Assembly: GCA_963843145.1 (NCBI GenBank)
Contig: CAWJJC010000028.1
Span: forward strand, 96,001 to 160,000
Source: an uncultured delta proteobacterium
GTDB taxonomy: Bacteria; Desulfobacterota; RBG-13-43-22
DNA length: 64,000 bases
Direction of reading: 5' to 3'
In this document: piece after piece, positions 29,558 to 39,546 of the stretch
Layout: each line of letters opens with the position of its first letter
Position numbering within the stretch: the stretch's first letter is position 1
Position numbers and translations under genes: made by a program
Notes under the pieces: model-generated
Seen by the model: the letters and a program-made list of their open reading frames with translations, nothing else
Databases searched by the model: none
What the model was told of the DNA's origin: nothing

Positions 29558-30865
29558 TCAAATCCATTCTTTCAATTGCTCGGCCAGTATCCCTTTTCCG
29601 TCCCGTCCGGTGATTCGGACCCGGAGACGAGTGTTCTGGCGGAAAAGTCCCTGGACTCGAATGGGCAGATAATTGCCGGTCAATCCTTCACACCAGCCAT
29701 CCGGGTCGGTTGAACGGAGCACCAAGGCCGAGAACTCTCGTCCGACACATCGCCGGTAAAATTCAGATCGTTTGTCTTGATCCAAGGCCCGGAGCCGCCG
29801 GGCGCGCTCTTTCTTCTCCCCGGCCGGGACCTGTTCGGCAAAAAAGGCGGCCGGCGTTCCGGGCCGGGAGGAATAGGGGAAAACGTGGAGATAGGCCAAA
29901 GGCAGACGAGCGATAGAATCATAGGTTCGTTGAAAAGCGTTTTCATCTTCCCCGGGAAATCCCACGATGACGTCCGCCCCCAGGGCCGCGAAAGGAAGTT
30001 CGGCGTGGAGCCGCTGAAGGAGTTCTGTGTATTCAGCGGACGCATAGGGGCGGTTCATTCGATTAAGGATGGAGTCGTCGCCGCTTTGCAGCGGGATATG
30101 CAGATGCGGACACAACCGCGGTTCCTTTTTAAACAGAGAAATCAGGGGGGGCGTTATCTCCTGCATCTCCAGGGAACTTAAGCGCAGAAAAGTTCGTCCG
30201 GGAGTTTTCAGGACCTCTTGCAGTAATTCGGTCAAACTCCAGGGAGGCTGGAGGTCTCGTCCGTATTGACCCAAATGAATACCGGTCAGGATAATCTCCT
30301 GGATCCCCGACGCTCCTAAACGGAAGAGGCCCTCTTGGACCCGCTCGGGCGACAGGCTGCGGGAAGGCCCGCGGGCCTGCGGGACGACACAGTAGCTGCA
30401 GTGGGCGTCGCAGCCTTCCTGAATACGAAAAACCGCCCGGGTGCGAAAAAAGGGATTCGGGCATTCCAGGGATAAGGGCGGAAAGGAAGAAACCGGTTCA
30501 AGCCGGATTTGAAGAGAAGCGGGTTTTCGGGAAAAATCATCGCTGGAAGGAAACCGCAATTTATTCCCGGTCCCGAAGAGGTAGTCCAATCCGGCTATCT
30601 GGCTGAAATAGTCCGGGAAGAGTTGAGCGGCGCACCCGGCGGCGGCAATCAGGGCCTCCGGAGAGCGACGGACGGCCCCGCGCACGGCCTGGGCCGACTG
30701 GCGCTGGGCCTCGGCGGTCACGGCGCAGGTATTGATCAGATAGAGGTCGGCGGCTTCCTGGAAAGGCACCGGATTCCAGCCCCGTTCCTGAAAGGCCCGA
30801 ATCAGGGCCTCGGATTCGAACTGGTTGACTTTGCAGCCAAAGGTCTGAATGGCGACTTTTTTCAT
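29558..30865 (-). CDS. mtaB: tRNA t6A37 methylthiotransferase
   Basis: TFGCKVNQFES, INTCAVT, GCAAQ, radical SAM CDAHCSYC, LHVFPYS, GLTGNY. Confidence 0.92.
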   Translation of the reverse strand: MKKVAIQTFGCKVNQFESEALIRAFQERGWNPVPFQEAADLYLINTCAVTAEAQRQSAQAVRGAVRRSPEALIAAAGCAAQLFPDYFSQIAGLDYLFGTGNKLRFPSSDDFSRKPASLQIRLEPVSSFPPLSLECPNPFFRTRAVFRIQEGCDAHCSYCVVPQARGPSRSLSPERVQEGLFRLGASGIQEIILTGIHLGQYGRDLQPPWSLTELLQEVLKTPGRTFLRLSSLEMQEITPPLISLFKKEPRLCPHLHIPLQSGDDSILNRMNRPYASAEYTELLQRLHAELPFAALGADVIVGFPGEDENAFQRTYDSIARLPLAYLHVFPYSSRPGTPAAFFAEQVPAGEKKERARRLRALDQDKRSEFYRRCVGREFSALVLRSTDPDGWCEGLTGNYLPIRVQGLFRQNTRLRVRITGRDGKGILAEQLKEWI

Positions 30866-30875
30866 TTTCACTTTT

Positions 30876-31922
30876 TTAAAAATTGGATTCAATCCAGCCG
30901 CCGCCCAGCACCGTGCCGTCCAAATAGATCACAGCGGCCTGGCCGGGAGTGACGGCTTTCTCGGGATGGTCAAAGTGAACCCAGAGGTTTTGATCCGATT
31001 TCAGGGAGAGGTTGGCTGAAGCCGGAAGGTGGCGGTAGCGGATCTGCACTTGGACCCTCAGTCCGTCGATTTGCGGGGGACGGCAAAGCCAGTGGACCTT
31101 CCCCAGCCGGCAACTTTTCTGTTCCAAGTCTCTTTTAGATCCAATAACCAGCTCATTTTTTTGGGGATCCATCCGGACCACATAGTAGGGTTCTTTCCCG
31201 GGCAGCCCCAGGCCCCGGCGTTGACCGATGGTGTAGGCGTATAATCCCTGATGCTCCCCCAGCTTTCGGCCCTGTAGGTCCACCATATTTCCCCGCCGTA
31301 TCCAGGTAGGCCCCGCTTCCCGGATCAAGAATTCCCGGTACCCGCCCGGCGGGAGGAAGCAGGCATCCTGGCTTTCTTCCCCTCCGAAAACAGGAAGCCT
31401 TAATTCCCGGGCCAGGGTTTTTACTTCGGTTTTAGTCCGGTCACCCAAAGGAAACAGAAGGTGCGGGAGGACATCCCGGTTAAGGCGGTGCAAAAAATAG
31501 GATTGGTCTTTAGCGGGGTCAGCCCCCCGCCCGATAGTGGACCCCTGGCCCCAGGGGCAGAGGACAGTCCGGGCATAATGGCCGGTGGCGAATTTTTCAG
31601 CCCCCGATTCCCGGGCGGCGCGGAAGAGATGTTCGAATTTGACGGTTTGGTTGCAGACCACGCAGGGGTTGGGGGTCCGGGCCCTTTGGTATTCCGCCAT
31701 CAGGTAATCCATGACCTGCTTCCGAAAGGCCTCCTGCAAGGGGATGATTTCCAGACGGATACGGAGAAAGTCCGCCACTTTCCGCAGGAGGGCGGTCTTG
31801 GCCGGATCGGTCAATCCCAGGTCGGCATGCAGGCCCAGGACCTCAAAACCCTGTTCCCGGAGCAGCCAGGCGGCCGTGGCGCTGTCCACCCCGCCGCTCA
31901 GGGCGATGGCCGCACTTTTCAT
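30876..31922 (-). CDS. mnmA: tRNA 2-thiouridylase
   Basis: SGGVDS, TPNPCVVCN, ATGHYAR, KDQSYFL, YTIGQRRGLG, AVTPGQ. Confidence 0.95.
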   Translation of the reverse strand: MKSAAIALSGGVDSATAAWLLREQGFEVLGLHADLGLTDPAKTALLRKVADFLRIRLEIIPLQEAFRKQVMDYLMAEYQRARTPNPCVVCNQTVKFEHLFRAARESGAEKFATGHYARTVLCPWGQGSTIGRGADPAKDQSYFLHRLNRDVLPHLLFPLGDRTKTEVKTLARELRLPVFGGEESQDACFLPPGGYREFLIREAGPTWIRRGNMVDLQGRKLGEHQGLYAYTIGQRRGLGLPGKEPYYVVRMDPQKNELVIGSKRDLEQKSCRLGKVHWLCRPPQIDGLRVQVQIRYRHLPASANLSLKSDQNLWVHFDHPEKAVTPGQAAVIYLDGTVLGGGWIESNF

Positions 31923-31944
31923 GGAAGCAACAGCTTGGGGGGGG

Positions 31945-33126
31945 TTAATGGGTGAATTTTTTCATGACCCTTTCGAAGCCCGGCAGGGAACGTTCGATCA
32001 CCTCGTCGGCCACACAGTAGGCGATCCGAAAATAGCCGGGAGCTCCAAAACCCCTTCCGGGGACGGTCAGGATCCGCTCTTCCTGCAAGGCCTGGACAAA
32101 GGCCACTTCGTCGGGAATGGGGGAGCGGGGGAAGAGATAAAAGGCCCCCTCGGGCGGATCGAATTGATACCCGGCCTGGGAGAGGCCGTCACAGAAAAGG
32201 TTACGTTTTTTTTGATAGAGGTTGATGTCCACGGTTTGTCCCTGCAGATCGACTAACACCCGCTGCATCAGAGCGGGGGCATTGACAAACCCCAGGATGC
32301 GGTTGGTGAGGGTCATGGCATTAATTAATTCGTCTCGATCGGGGGCTTGGGGATGTACGGCTAGAAAACCGATCCGCTCTCCCGGCAGGGAAAGGTCTTT
32401 GGAATAAGAGGTGACCACGATGCTTTCGTTATAGGCCTGGAAGGCACTTGGCACCTGGACGCCGTCATAGACGATTTTTCGGTAAGGTTCATCGGCCAGC
32501 AGATAGATCACTTGGCCTTTTCGCGAATAATCCGCCAGCAGGTCTCCCAGACCGCGGATAATCGTCTGGTCATAGACTCGTCCGGTGGGGTTGTTCGGGG
32601 AGTTGATCAAGATCGCCTTGGTCCGGGGGGTAATGGCCTCCTGGATAGCCTTAAGGTCCGGTAAGAAATCGGGCCTCGTGGAAACGATTTTGGGCTGGCC
32701 CTGGAAATTGTCCACATAGAAAAGATATTCGACAAAATAGGGGGCTAAAATAATGACTTCGTCTCCAGGGTTGATTAGCGCCTTTAAAACGGCGTTGATG
32801 GCCCCGGCCGCGCCACAGGTCATGATGATGTCTTTGAGGGTGAACGGCAATCCGTGCTCCCGGGAAAGGAAATCGGCCACGGCCGTCCGGGTCTCCGGGT
32901 ACCCGGCGTTGGGCATGTAGGCGTGCAGGGCGGCCGGGGATTCCTGAAGGATTTTAATGAGGGCCTGATGGACCACCAGCGGCGGTTCCAGGTTCGGGTT
33001 GCCCAGGCTGAAATCACAGACCTGATCGGCTCCGTATTGGGCCTTGAGCAGGGCCCCCTGCTCAAACATCTTTCGAATCCAGGAGGACTGCTCCATGGAA
33101 TTTTTTATTTTTTGAGCTATGGCCAT
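31945..33126 (-). CDS. PLP-dependent aminotransferase class I/II (aspartate aminotransferase-like)
   Basis: SWIRKMFE, INSPNNPTG, DEPY, SYSKDLSLPGERIG. Confidence 0.93.
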   Translation of the reverse strand: MAIAQKIKNSMEQSSWIRKMFEQGALLKAQYGADQVCDFSLGNPNLEPPLVVHQALIKILQESPAALHAYMPNAGYPETRTAVADFLSREHGLPFTLKDIIMTCGAAGAINAVLKALINPGDEVIILAPYFVEYLFYVDNFQGQPKIVSTRPDFLPDLKAIQEAITPRTKAILINSPNNPTGRVYDQTIIRGLGDLLADYSRKGQVIYLLADEPYRKIVYDGVQVPSAFQAYNESIVVTSYSKDLSLPGERIGFLAVHPQAPDRDELINAMTLTNRILGFVNAPALMQRVLVDLQGQTVDINLYQKKRNLFCDGLSQAGYQFDPPEGAFYLFPRSPIPDEVAFVQALQEERILTVPGRGFGAPGYFRIAYCVADEVIERSLPGFERVMKKFTH

Positions 33127-33140
33127 CGGGGGTCTCCTAT

Positions 33141-33346
33141 TTAATACGAAAATAGAATTGATCACCGCTTTTTAGGCGTTTTGTTTTTGCCGTCATCCCG
33201 GACTCGATCCGGGATCCAGGTGACCCAGGACCTTCACTGCCCTGGATTCCGGCGTTCGCTGGAATGACGACCTAATAAATTGAATAACCATAAATTTTCA
33301 TGCTTCGTGGGTGCCCGCCCCGGGCCTGCGGGTTTAATGTGAAAAT
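33141..33346 (+). mobile_element. Single complete non-coding cassette (~195 bp)
   Basis: Half-site TTAATACGAAAATA 33141-33154; CGTC doublet; full site 33294-33346. Confidence 0.7.
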
Positions 33347-33375
33347 TTATCCCTTTCGAATTTCTAACCAAAAAT

Positions 33376-33732
33376 TCAAATATTTTTGGTTATGTTTTTG
33401 GGCCGGTAGCGGGCCGGTTCATCAAAAAAATCCAGAGCCTTCAGGGGAGAAAGGATTTGAATTGAGTGGGTGACGCCGGCGGGAATAAAATAGGAATCCC
33501 CCTTTTTGTACCTTTGGCTAACCCCGTCCACGGTCATCTGCATCTCACCTTCCAGCACCACTCCCCATTGGGCCTGGTGCTGATGGGGGGGGATTTCCCC
33601 CGTGGTCTCCACGGAAAAGAACACGGCCTGCCGGCCTTCCCCCTGAAAAAGTTTACCCCGGACCCCCGGGATGGGAATATCGATATCCGGCAATTGTTCG
33701 ATCATTTCCGGGTAGAGTATTTTATCAGCCAA
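33376..33732 (-). CDS. Cupin-domain protein (probable TTG start)
   Basis: PPHQHQAQWGVVLEGE and GDSYFIPAGVTHS; GGGAGG SD before TTG. Confidence 0.85.
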   Translation of the reverse strand: MADKILYPEMIEQLPDIDIPIPGVRGKLFQGEGRQAVFFSVETTGEIPPHQHQAQWGVVLEGEMQMTVDGVSQRYKKGDSYFIPAGVTHSIQILSPLKALDFFDEPARYRPKNITKNI

Positions 33733-33745
33733 AACGTCCCTCCCC

Positions 33746-33892
33746 ATAAATTCGAAAAACGAAGCACGAAATCCGAAACAAGCACGAAGGTCCAAAATCC
33801 AAATGATCAAAACGAAAACGTTTTAAGTTTTGAAATTTGATCATTTGGATTTGTTTCGGATTTCGAAATTCGGATTTCGAGTTTGAACCAAT
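33746..33892. repeat. Heptamer-built palindromic element, copy 2
   Basis: Matches 3518-3664. Confidence 0.85.
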
Positions 33893-34041
33893 AAAAAAAC
33901 TCTTTGATTAGTCTTCATGCTAACGATAGCACATTTCCGGATGGGGGTAAAGGATTAATTTTATTTCTTTCAATGAGTTGGGATGGTTGACGGACTTGAC
34001 AAATCGGTTGACTCATGCCAATACTGCTATCATCTTTGGAC

Positions 34042-34175
34042 TAGCCAAAAAAAGTCGAATTTTTTTGGCTGTAATAAAAAACCTCTAAAAAGGATTTAAA
34101 AGAACGTTTTTTATATTAGATTCTTACATCCGTTGTTAGAGACAAATCCTCAGAACAATGGATGTAAGAATCTAA
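34042..34175. repeat. Double-hairpin element, copy 1
   Basis: TAGCCAAAAA..TTTTTGGCT plus TTAGATTCTTACATCCGTTGTT-16 nt-AACAATGGATGTAAGAATCTAA. Confidence 0.85.
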
Positions 34176-34185
34176 AGGGGAAGGC

Positions 34186-35127
34186 ATGAAAAAAATTCTC
34201 GTTACGGGGGGGGCCGGCTTTATCGGCAGTCACCTCTGCGAAGTTTTGCTCCAGGATGGAAATGATGTAGTCTGCCTGGATAACTATTATACCGGATCGA
34301 AGGAGAATATCCTTCCTCTGCGGGAGAATCCTCATTTTGAGCTGCTGCGGCATGATATTGTCAACCCCATCGTCCTGGAGGTGGATCAAATCTATAATCT
34401 GGCCTGCCCGGCATCGCCCATCCACTACCAGTTCAATCCGGTTAAAACCGTCAAGACGAACGTCATGGGCACTCTGAACATGCTCGGATTGGCCAAACGG
34501 GTCAAGGCCCGAATCCTGCAGGCCTCCACTTCGGAGGTCTATGGGGACCCGGCCGTGCATCCCCAGAAAGAAACCTATTGGGGCAACGTCCACTGCATCG
34601 GACCTCGGGCCTGTTACGACGAAGGAAAGCGGGTCGCCGAGACCTTAATGATGGATTATCACCGCCAGCACCGAGTGGATATCCGAATTGTACGGATTTT
34701 TAATACCTATGGCCCGAGGATGGCCCTGGACGACGGGCGGGTGGTCAGCAATCTCATCATCCAGGCCCTGCGCGGTGAACCGTTGACGGTGTATGGCGAT
34801 GGGCAGCAGACCCGCTCTTTTTGTTACATCTCCGATATGGTGCGGGGGCTGAAGGGCATGATGGAGCAGGAGTCCTTCCCCGGTCCGGTCAACCTGGGCA
34901 ACCCCCGGGAATTCACCATACTGTCCCTGGCCGAAAAAGTGAAGGCCATGACCGGTTCATCGTCTCCGATTATTTTCATGCCCCTGCCCCAGGACGATCC
35001 CATTCAGCGGAAACCGGATATTGCGTTAGCCCAGGAGCGTTTGGGCTGGTTTCCGGAAGTGAGGCTGGAAGAGGGCCTGGTTCTGACCATCGAATACCTT
35101 CGCCAGGCAGTCCAACAAAACAATTAA
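34186..35127 (+). CDS. uxs: UDP-glucuronate decarboxylase (UDP-xylose synthase), SDR family
   Basis: [44 protein letters not shown]. Confidence 0.93.
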   Translation: MKKILVTGGAGFIGSHLCEVLLQDGNDVVCLDNYYTGSKENILPLRENPHFELLRHDIVNPIVLEVDQIYNLACPASPIHYQFNPVKTVKTNVMGTLNMLGLAKRVKARILQASTSEVYGDPAVHPQKETYWGNVHCIGPRACYDEGKRVAETLMMDYHRQHRVDIRIVRIFNTYGPRMALDDGRVVSNLIIQALRGEPLTVYGDGQQTRSFCYISDMVRGLKGMMEQESFPGPVNLGNPREFTILSLAEKVKAMTGSSSPIIFMPLPQDDPIQRKPDIALAQERLGWFPEVRLEEGLVLTIEYLRQAVQQNN

Positions 35128-35131
35128 ACCC

Positions 35132-35809
35132 ATGACGTCTGGTCTAAATTTTTCGTCTAACCGAACGATCGCCCCGCTCCGTCTTCTGGTCTTTATTCTT
35201 TCTCTGCCCTCCGTTTTCTTCTTATTGGCCGCCTTGACTTGGGCCGAATCTCCGGCGGAGTGGCGCCGGGTGGTCAGCGTGGAGGATGGGGATTCGATTA
35301 CGCTGGATAAAGGCCGGCGGGTCCGCTACCTGGGGATTGATTCCCCGGAGCGGGGAGGGCCGGGGAAAGGCGAAACCTTGGCCGAAGAGGCCCATCGTTT
35401 CAATCGCCAACTGGTTCGGGGTCAGGACGTCCGGCTGGAATATGAGGCGGAGCTTCTGGACCGCTACCAGCGGCTGTTGGCCCACGTGTATTTGAAGAAC
35501 GGCCTTTGGGTGAACGGGGAGATGGTCAAAAAAGGCTTGGCCCATGTGCTCTACCAGGCGCCCAATACGAAGAAGTTCGAAGCACTGTTGAAGCGGCAGC
35601 GGGTAGCCATAGACGAGCGGCGGGGTATCTGGAGCAAGGCCCTGGAAGAAACCGAATCGGAATACCGTGGTCAGCGGATCACCAGGAAATTTCATCGAAG
35701 GGATTGCCTCGTCGGACAAAAGATAGCGGCTAGGAACCTGGTCCTTTTCAAGCACAAGAAAGACGCCTATCTCCAGGGCTTCAGCCCCTGCCGCCTATGC
35801 CGGCCATGA
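35132..35809 (+). CDS. Thermonuclease (SNase) with C-terminal Ada-like zinc-binding domain
   Basis: EDGDSI, VRYLGIDSPE, DRYQRLLAHV; FHRRDC..GFSPCRLCRP. Confidence 0.88.
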   Translation: MTSGLNFSSNRTIAPLRLLVFILSLPSVFFLLAALTWAESPAEWRRVVSVEDGDSITLDKGRRVRYLGIDSPERGGPGKGETLAEEAHRFNRQLVRGQDVRLEYEAELLDRYQRLLAHVYLKNGLWVNGEMVKKGLAHVLYQAPNTKKFEALLKRQRVAIDERRGIWSKALEETESEYRGQRITRKFHRRDCLVGQKIAARNLVLFKHKKDAYLQGFSPCRLCRP

Positions 35810-35827
35810 GGTTAACCGTTAACAAAT

Positions 35828-36271
35828 ATGGATGACCGTCGTTACCCCGAACGACCCTTTATCGGGGTCGGGGCCATTGTTTTTGAGGAGGATCGGGTTT
35901 TATTGATTCGTCGGGGAAAGGACCCCGAAAAGGGAAAATGGAGCATTCCCGGGGGGGCGGTTCATCTGGGGGAAACCCTGGTCCGGGCTGTCTGCCGGGA
36001 GGTGGAAGAAGAGACCGGCTTGGAGGTGGAAGCCGAACGCCTGGTCGAGGTTTTTGAACGGATTATTCCCGATGAACAGGATCGCGTCCTTTATCATTAT
36101 GTGCTGATCGATTATCTTTGCCGGGTGGTGGCAGGTCGGCTAAGGGGGGGAAGCGATGCCCTGGAAGCCGCTTTTCATCCTTTGGGGGGCATTGAGGGCC
36201 TGGCGTTAACTGAGGGAACCGGCCCGATTATTCGAAAAGCCTTTGACCTGAAAAATAGAATTTTTTCTTGA
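35828..36271 (+). CDS. NUDIX hydrolase
   Basis: GGAVHLGETLVRAVCREVEEETG Nudix box. Confidence 0.92.
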   Translation: MDDRRYPERPFIGVGAIVFEEDRVLLIRRGKDPEKGKWSIPGGAVHLGETLVRAVCREVEEETGLEVEAERLVEVFERIIPDEQDRVLYHYVLIDYLCRVVAGRLRGGSDALEAAFHPLGGIEGLALTEGTGPIIRKAFDLKNRIFS

Positions 36272-36463
36272 CAAAAGTGGGTTGGAGAAGTATTAACGGA
36301 TGAGTTTTATTCTCTAATAATTCCCAACAAATTGAACTACCCAATAAAAGATGCCTGTGTTTGAAACCATGGGGGTTATCCATATATCGGCCCGACCTGG
36401 ACTATAAATTGGTATAGCCCGGTTCGGGTTTTTTTATAAAATAATAAAATTAGGACAGGGATT

Positions 36464-37045
36464 ATGGAAAAAGAGATGGAAACAGAGGGAAAATCCAAGG
36501 GCACCTGGATGTTTTTCTGGGTCGGGGTCGTGGCATCCTTGATTTTAGGCTGGCTGATCTTCCCGGGACTTATCCAGAGCAAGAAAGTCCAACCCGTGAA
36601 ATTCAGCCATCTCAAGCACGGGGAAGCCGGGGCCGGGGCGCAGTGCGAAGATTGCCATTCATTCCGGAAGGATGGCACCTTTGCCGGTATTCCGCCCCTG
36701 GCCAAATGTCTGGAATGCCACGAGTCGGCTCAGGGCAGCTCCAAGGAAGAGGCCGATTTTATTAAATTGGCGGAGCAACTCAAGAAAGAAAATAGAAACA
36801 TTTCCTGGTTGATCTACTCTCAACAACCCAACAACGTTTTTTTCTCCCATGTGGCCCATGTCAAAATGGCCAAACAAAACTGCACGGATTGCCACAAGCT
36901 GGTGGGCGGAAAAACCGATAAAAATCCGGTATATAATTACAAGTGGATTTCAGGCTACGCTCCTGAAGTGATGATGATGGAAACCTGTGAAGCCTGTCAC
37001 CAGAAGAAGGGTAAAAGCAACGCCTGTTTTGTCTGTCACAAATAG
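36464..37045 (+). CDS. qrcA: Menaquinone reductase complex multiheme cytochrome c subunit
   Basis: N-terminal TM helix; five CxxCH motifs; QQPNNVFFSHVAH; terminal NACFVCHK; operon context. Confidence 0.88.
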   Translation: MEKEMETEGKSKGTWMFFWVGVVASLILGWLIFPGLIQSKKVQPVKFSHLKHGEAGAGAQCEDCHSFRKDGTFAGIPPLAKCLECHESAQGSSKEEADFIKLAEQLKKENRNISWLIYSQQPNNVFFSHVAHVKMAKQNCTDCHKLVGGKTDKNPVYNYKWISGYAPEVMMMETCEACHQKKGKSNACFVCHK

Positions 37046-37090
37046 AACTTGACCAGACCTTAACGCTGGTAAAACACGAGGAATAGGAAA

Positions 37091-39406
37091 ATGCCAACCA
37101 TTGATCGCAGAGATTTCCTGAAGTTTATCGTCGGGGGCGCGGTGGGGACCATGGTTTCACCCCTGCCCTGGGTGCCCATGGATGAAGTGGCCAAATGGAG
37201 CCAGCGTTGGGCCCCCATTCCCGAGAGCGGCGAATCCTCCTATCTGAATTCTATCTGCCTCCTTTGTCCGGGGGCCTGCGGCATCAAAGTCCGGCTGATC
37301 GAAAGTAAGCGGGCGGTAAAAATCGAAGGCCAGCCAAACCATCCGGTAAATCAGGGCGGGCTATGTCCATTGGGCTTGGCCGGGTTGCAGTACCTGTACC
37401 AGGAAGAGATCCGCGTGAAGGGTCCGATGAAGCGTTTCGGTCCCCGGGGGAAGGGGGATTGGCTGCCGGTCTCCTGGGAAGAGGCCTATGGTGATTTGAC
37501 CAAATGGTTAAAGGAATTGCGTCAGAATAACCAGACCCACACGGCGGCCCTTCTGGATGGTCGCGGCGGACAAGGAAGCCTTTCCCTGTTGATGGCCCGA
37601 TTCATGAGAAGCTACGGTTCCCCTAATTATATTCGAACCCCGCGATTGGGAGATACGGAAGAAATGGTGACGGCCTCCCTTCATGGGGTCCGCTCCTCCT
37701 TGGCCTATGACCTGCCCCAGGCCAAATATATCCTCAGCTTCGGCGCGGGATTGTTGGACGGTTGGGGAACTCCGACCTGGGTGAGCCAGGCTTACCGGGA
37801 ATGGAGAAAAGATCCCCCGGCGGGAAGGGCCAAATTAGTCCAGGTGGAACCCTTAGCCTCCACGACGGCCTCCCTGGCGGATGAATGGGTGGCGGTAAAA
37901 CCAGGGACCGAGGGATCTTTGGCCTGGGGCTTGGCCCAAATCATGATTTCCAAAGGCTGGATTAACCGGGAGGCTATCCAGGCGGGGACTTCAGGTTTGG
38001 AAGGCTTGAAAGAAGTGCTGGATAAAAAATATACTCCGGACAAAGTGGCCAAGATTACCGGCTTGCCTCCCGAGGATATTGAAAAACTGGCCAAGGAATT
38101 CGCCTCGGCCAAACAAGGGGTCGCCCTGATGGGGAGAGGGAAAGGGGACCTGGCCATTCCTTTTTCTGAGGGTGCGGCCATCCTTACCTTGAACGTTCTG
38201 ATCGGGGCGCTGAATCGCAGCGGCGGGGTCTTTTTAAAGTCAGAAGGGGGACTAACCGCCTCCTGGCCCAAGGCGCCGCTGGATGGCAGTGCTGAGAAGG
38301 GGTTGGCCCAACCGCGGCTGGACAGCATCGGGAGTTCGAAGTTTCCCGCGGGCCAACCTAATTATATCCAATTTTTCAGCAATGCGGCCCAACAGACACC
38401 TTATCCGATCAACCTCCTGATGCTTCACGAGGCCAACCCGGCCTTTCGGTTGGGGGAGGAGGCGATCAAGGCCGCCGTGGCCCGCATCCCCTTCATCGTC
38501 AGCTTTTCATCCTTTTATGATGAAACCACCCAATTGGCGGACCTGATCCTGCCGGCGCCGACCTTCCTGGAGCGTTGGGATGACGCCTATGGGGTCCCGG
38601 GGGTGCCCTATCCGGTTTATGGCCTGGCCAAGCCCGTACTGCCCCCCCTTCATGGAAACCGAAATCCGGGCGAGGTGCTGATCGCTTTGGCCAAAAGCCT
38701 GGGCGGATCGGTTCAGGAGGCCTTAAGCTTCGAAAATATGGAAGCCGTAATTAAGCAGAGCGCCAAAACCGTTTTCGAGACCAAAAAGGGCCGGCTGAGC
38801 GATAGCCCGCCGTCGGAAGCCGGCAAGTCCGGCGCCGCCTCTTTTGAATCCTTTGATAAATTCTGGGAAGGGCTGGTCCGGGAAGGGGCCTGGTATCATC
38901 TGGAAGGCGCCGGGGTCGGGGGACAGGGGAAGATTGACGTCTATCCTGCCGCCCTCCGCCAGGAACCGGAAAAAATTGATTTAAGCTTTACCTACTATCC
39001 TGGAGAGGAGAGCCCGCTTTTGATGGTGCCACTGTCCTTGATGTTGCTCCAAACCGGATACTTCCCCAATCCGCCTTTCCTGACCAAGTACCTGGGCGAA
39101 GAAATCTTAAAGGCCAATGACCTGATGGCCCAGATTCATCCGGCTACCGCTAAAAAGTTCGGCCTGAAACAAGGGGAACGGGTGACACTGAAATCGGAGG
39201 GAGGGAGCATTAAGGTGGGGGTCCAATTGTTTGAAGGGGCCATGCCTCAGGTCATTTTCGTTCCCCTGGGAATGGGGCACGAGGCCTTTGATCCGACTTT
39301 GAAAAATCGCGGGGCCAATCCCTATCCGCTGCTGGATAATATTATTGACCCGGTGAGCGGGTTACCGATCTCCTGGGTCACCAAGGTAAAAATTCAAAAA
39401 ATTTAG
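37091..39406 (+). CDS. qrcB: Menaquinone reductase molybdopterin-oxidoreductase-like subunit
   Basis: Tat signal DRRDFLK; CLLCPGACG..LCPLG; DMSO-reductase-fold motifs (DETTQLADLILPA). Confidence 0.88.
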   Translation: MPTIDRRDFLKFIVGGAVGTMVSPLPWVPMDEVAKWSQRWAPIPESGESSYLNSICLLCPGACGIKVRLIESKRAVKIEGQPNHPVNQGGLCPLGLAGLQYLYQEEIRVKGPMKRFGPRGKGDWLPVSWEEAYGDLTKWLKELRQNNQTHTAALLDGRGGQGSLSLLMARFMRSYGSPNYIRTPRLGDTEEMVTASLHGVRSSLAYDLPQAKYILSFGAGLLDGWGTPTWVSQAYREWRKDPPAGRAKLVQVEPLASTTASLADEWVAVKPGTEGSLAWGLAQIMISKGWINREAIQAGTSGLEGLKEVLDKKYTPDKVAKITGLPPEDIEKLAKEFASAKQGVALMGRGKGDLAIPFSEGAAILTLNVLIGALNRSGGVFLKSEGGLTASWPKAPLDGSAEKGLAQPRLDSIGSSKFPAGQPNYIQFFSNAAQQTPYPINLLMLHEANPAFRLGEEAIKAAVARIPFIVSFSSFYDETTQLADLILPAPTFLERWDDAYGVPGVPYPVYGLAKPVLPPLHGNRNPGEVLIALAKSLGGSVQEALSFENMEAVIKQSAKTVFETKKGRLSDSPPSEAGKSGAASFESFDKFWEGLVREGAWYHLEGAGVGGQGKIDVYPAALRQEPEKIDLSFTYYPGEESPLLMVPLSLMLLQTGYFPNPPFLTKYLGEEILKANDLMAQIHPATAKKFGLKQGERVTLKSEGGSIKVGVQLFEGAMPQVIFVPLGMGHEAFDPTLKNRGANPYPLLDNIIDPVSGLPISWVTKVKIQKI

Positions 39407-39536
39407 CCAAAAATATTTGAAATATTTTTGGCTATAATAAAAACCTCTTAACAGATCTTAAAATAACGTCTTTTAATTTAGATTTTTACATCCATTGTTC
39501 TGAGAATTTGTCTTTAACAATGGATGTAAAAATCTA
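39404..39536. repeat. Double-hairpin element, copy 2, inside the qrc operon
   Basis: Homologous to 34042-34175; begins at the qrcB TAG stop. Confidence 0.85.
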
Positions 39537-39546
39537 GAGGGTAGCC

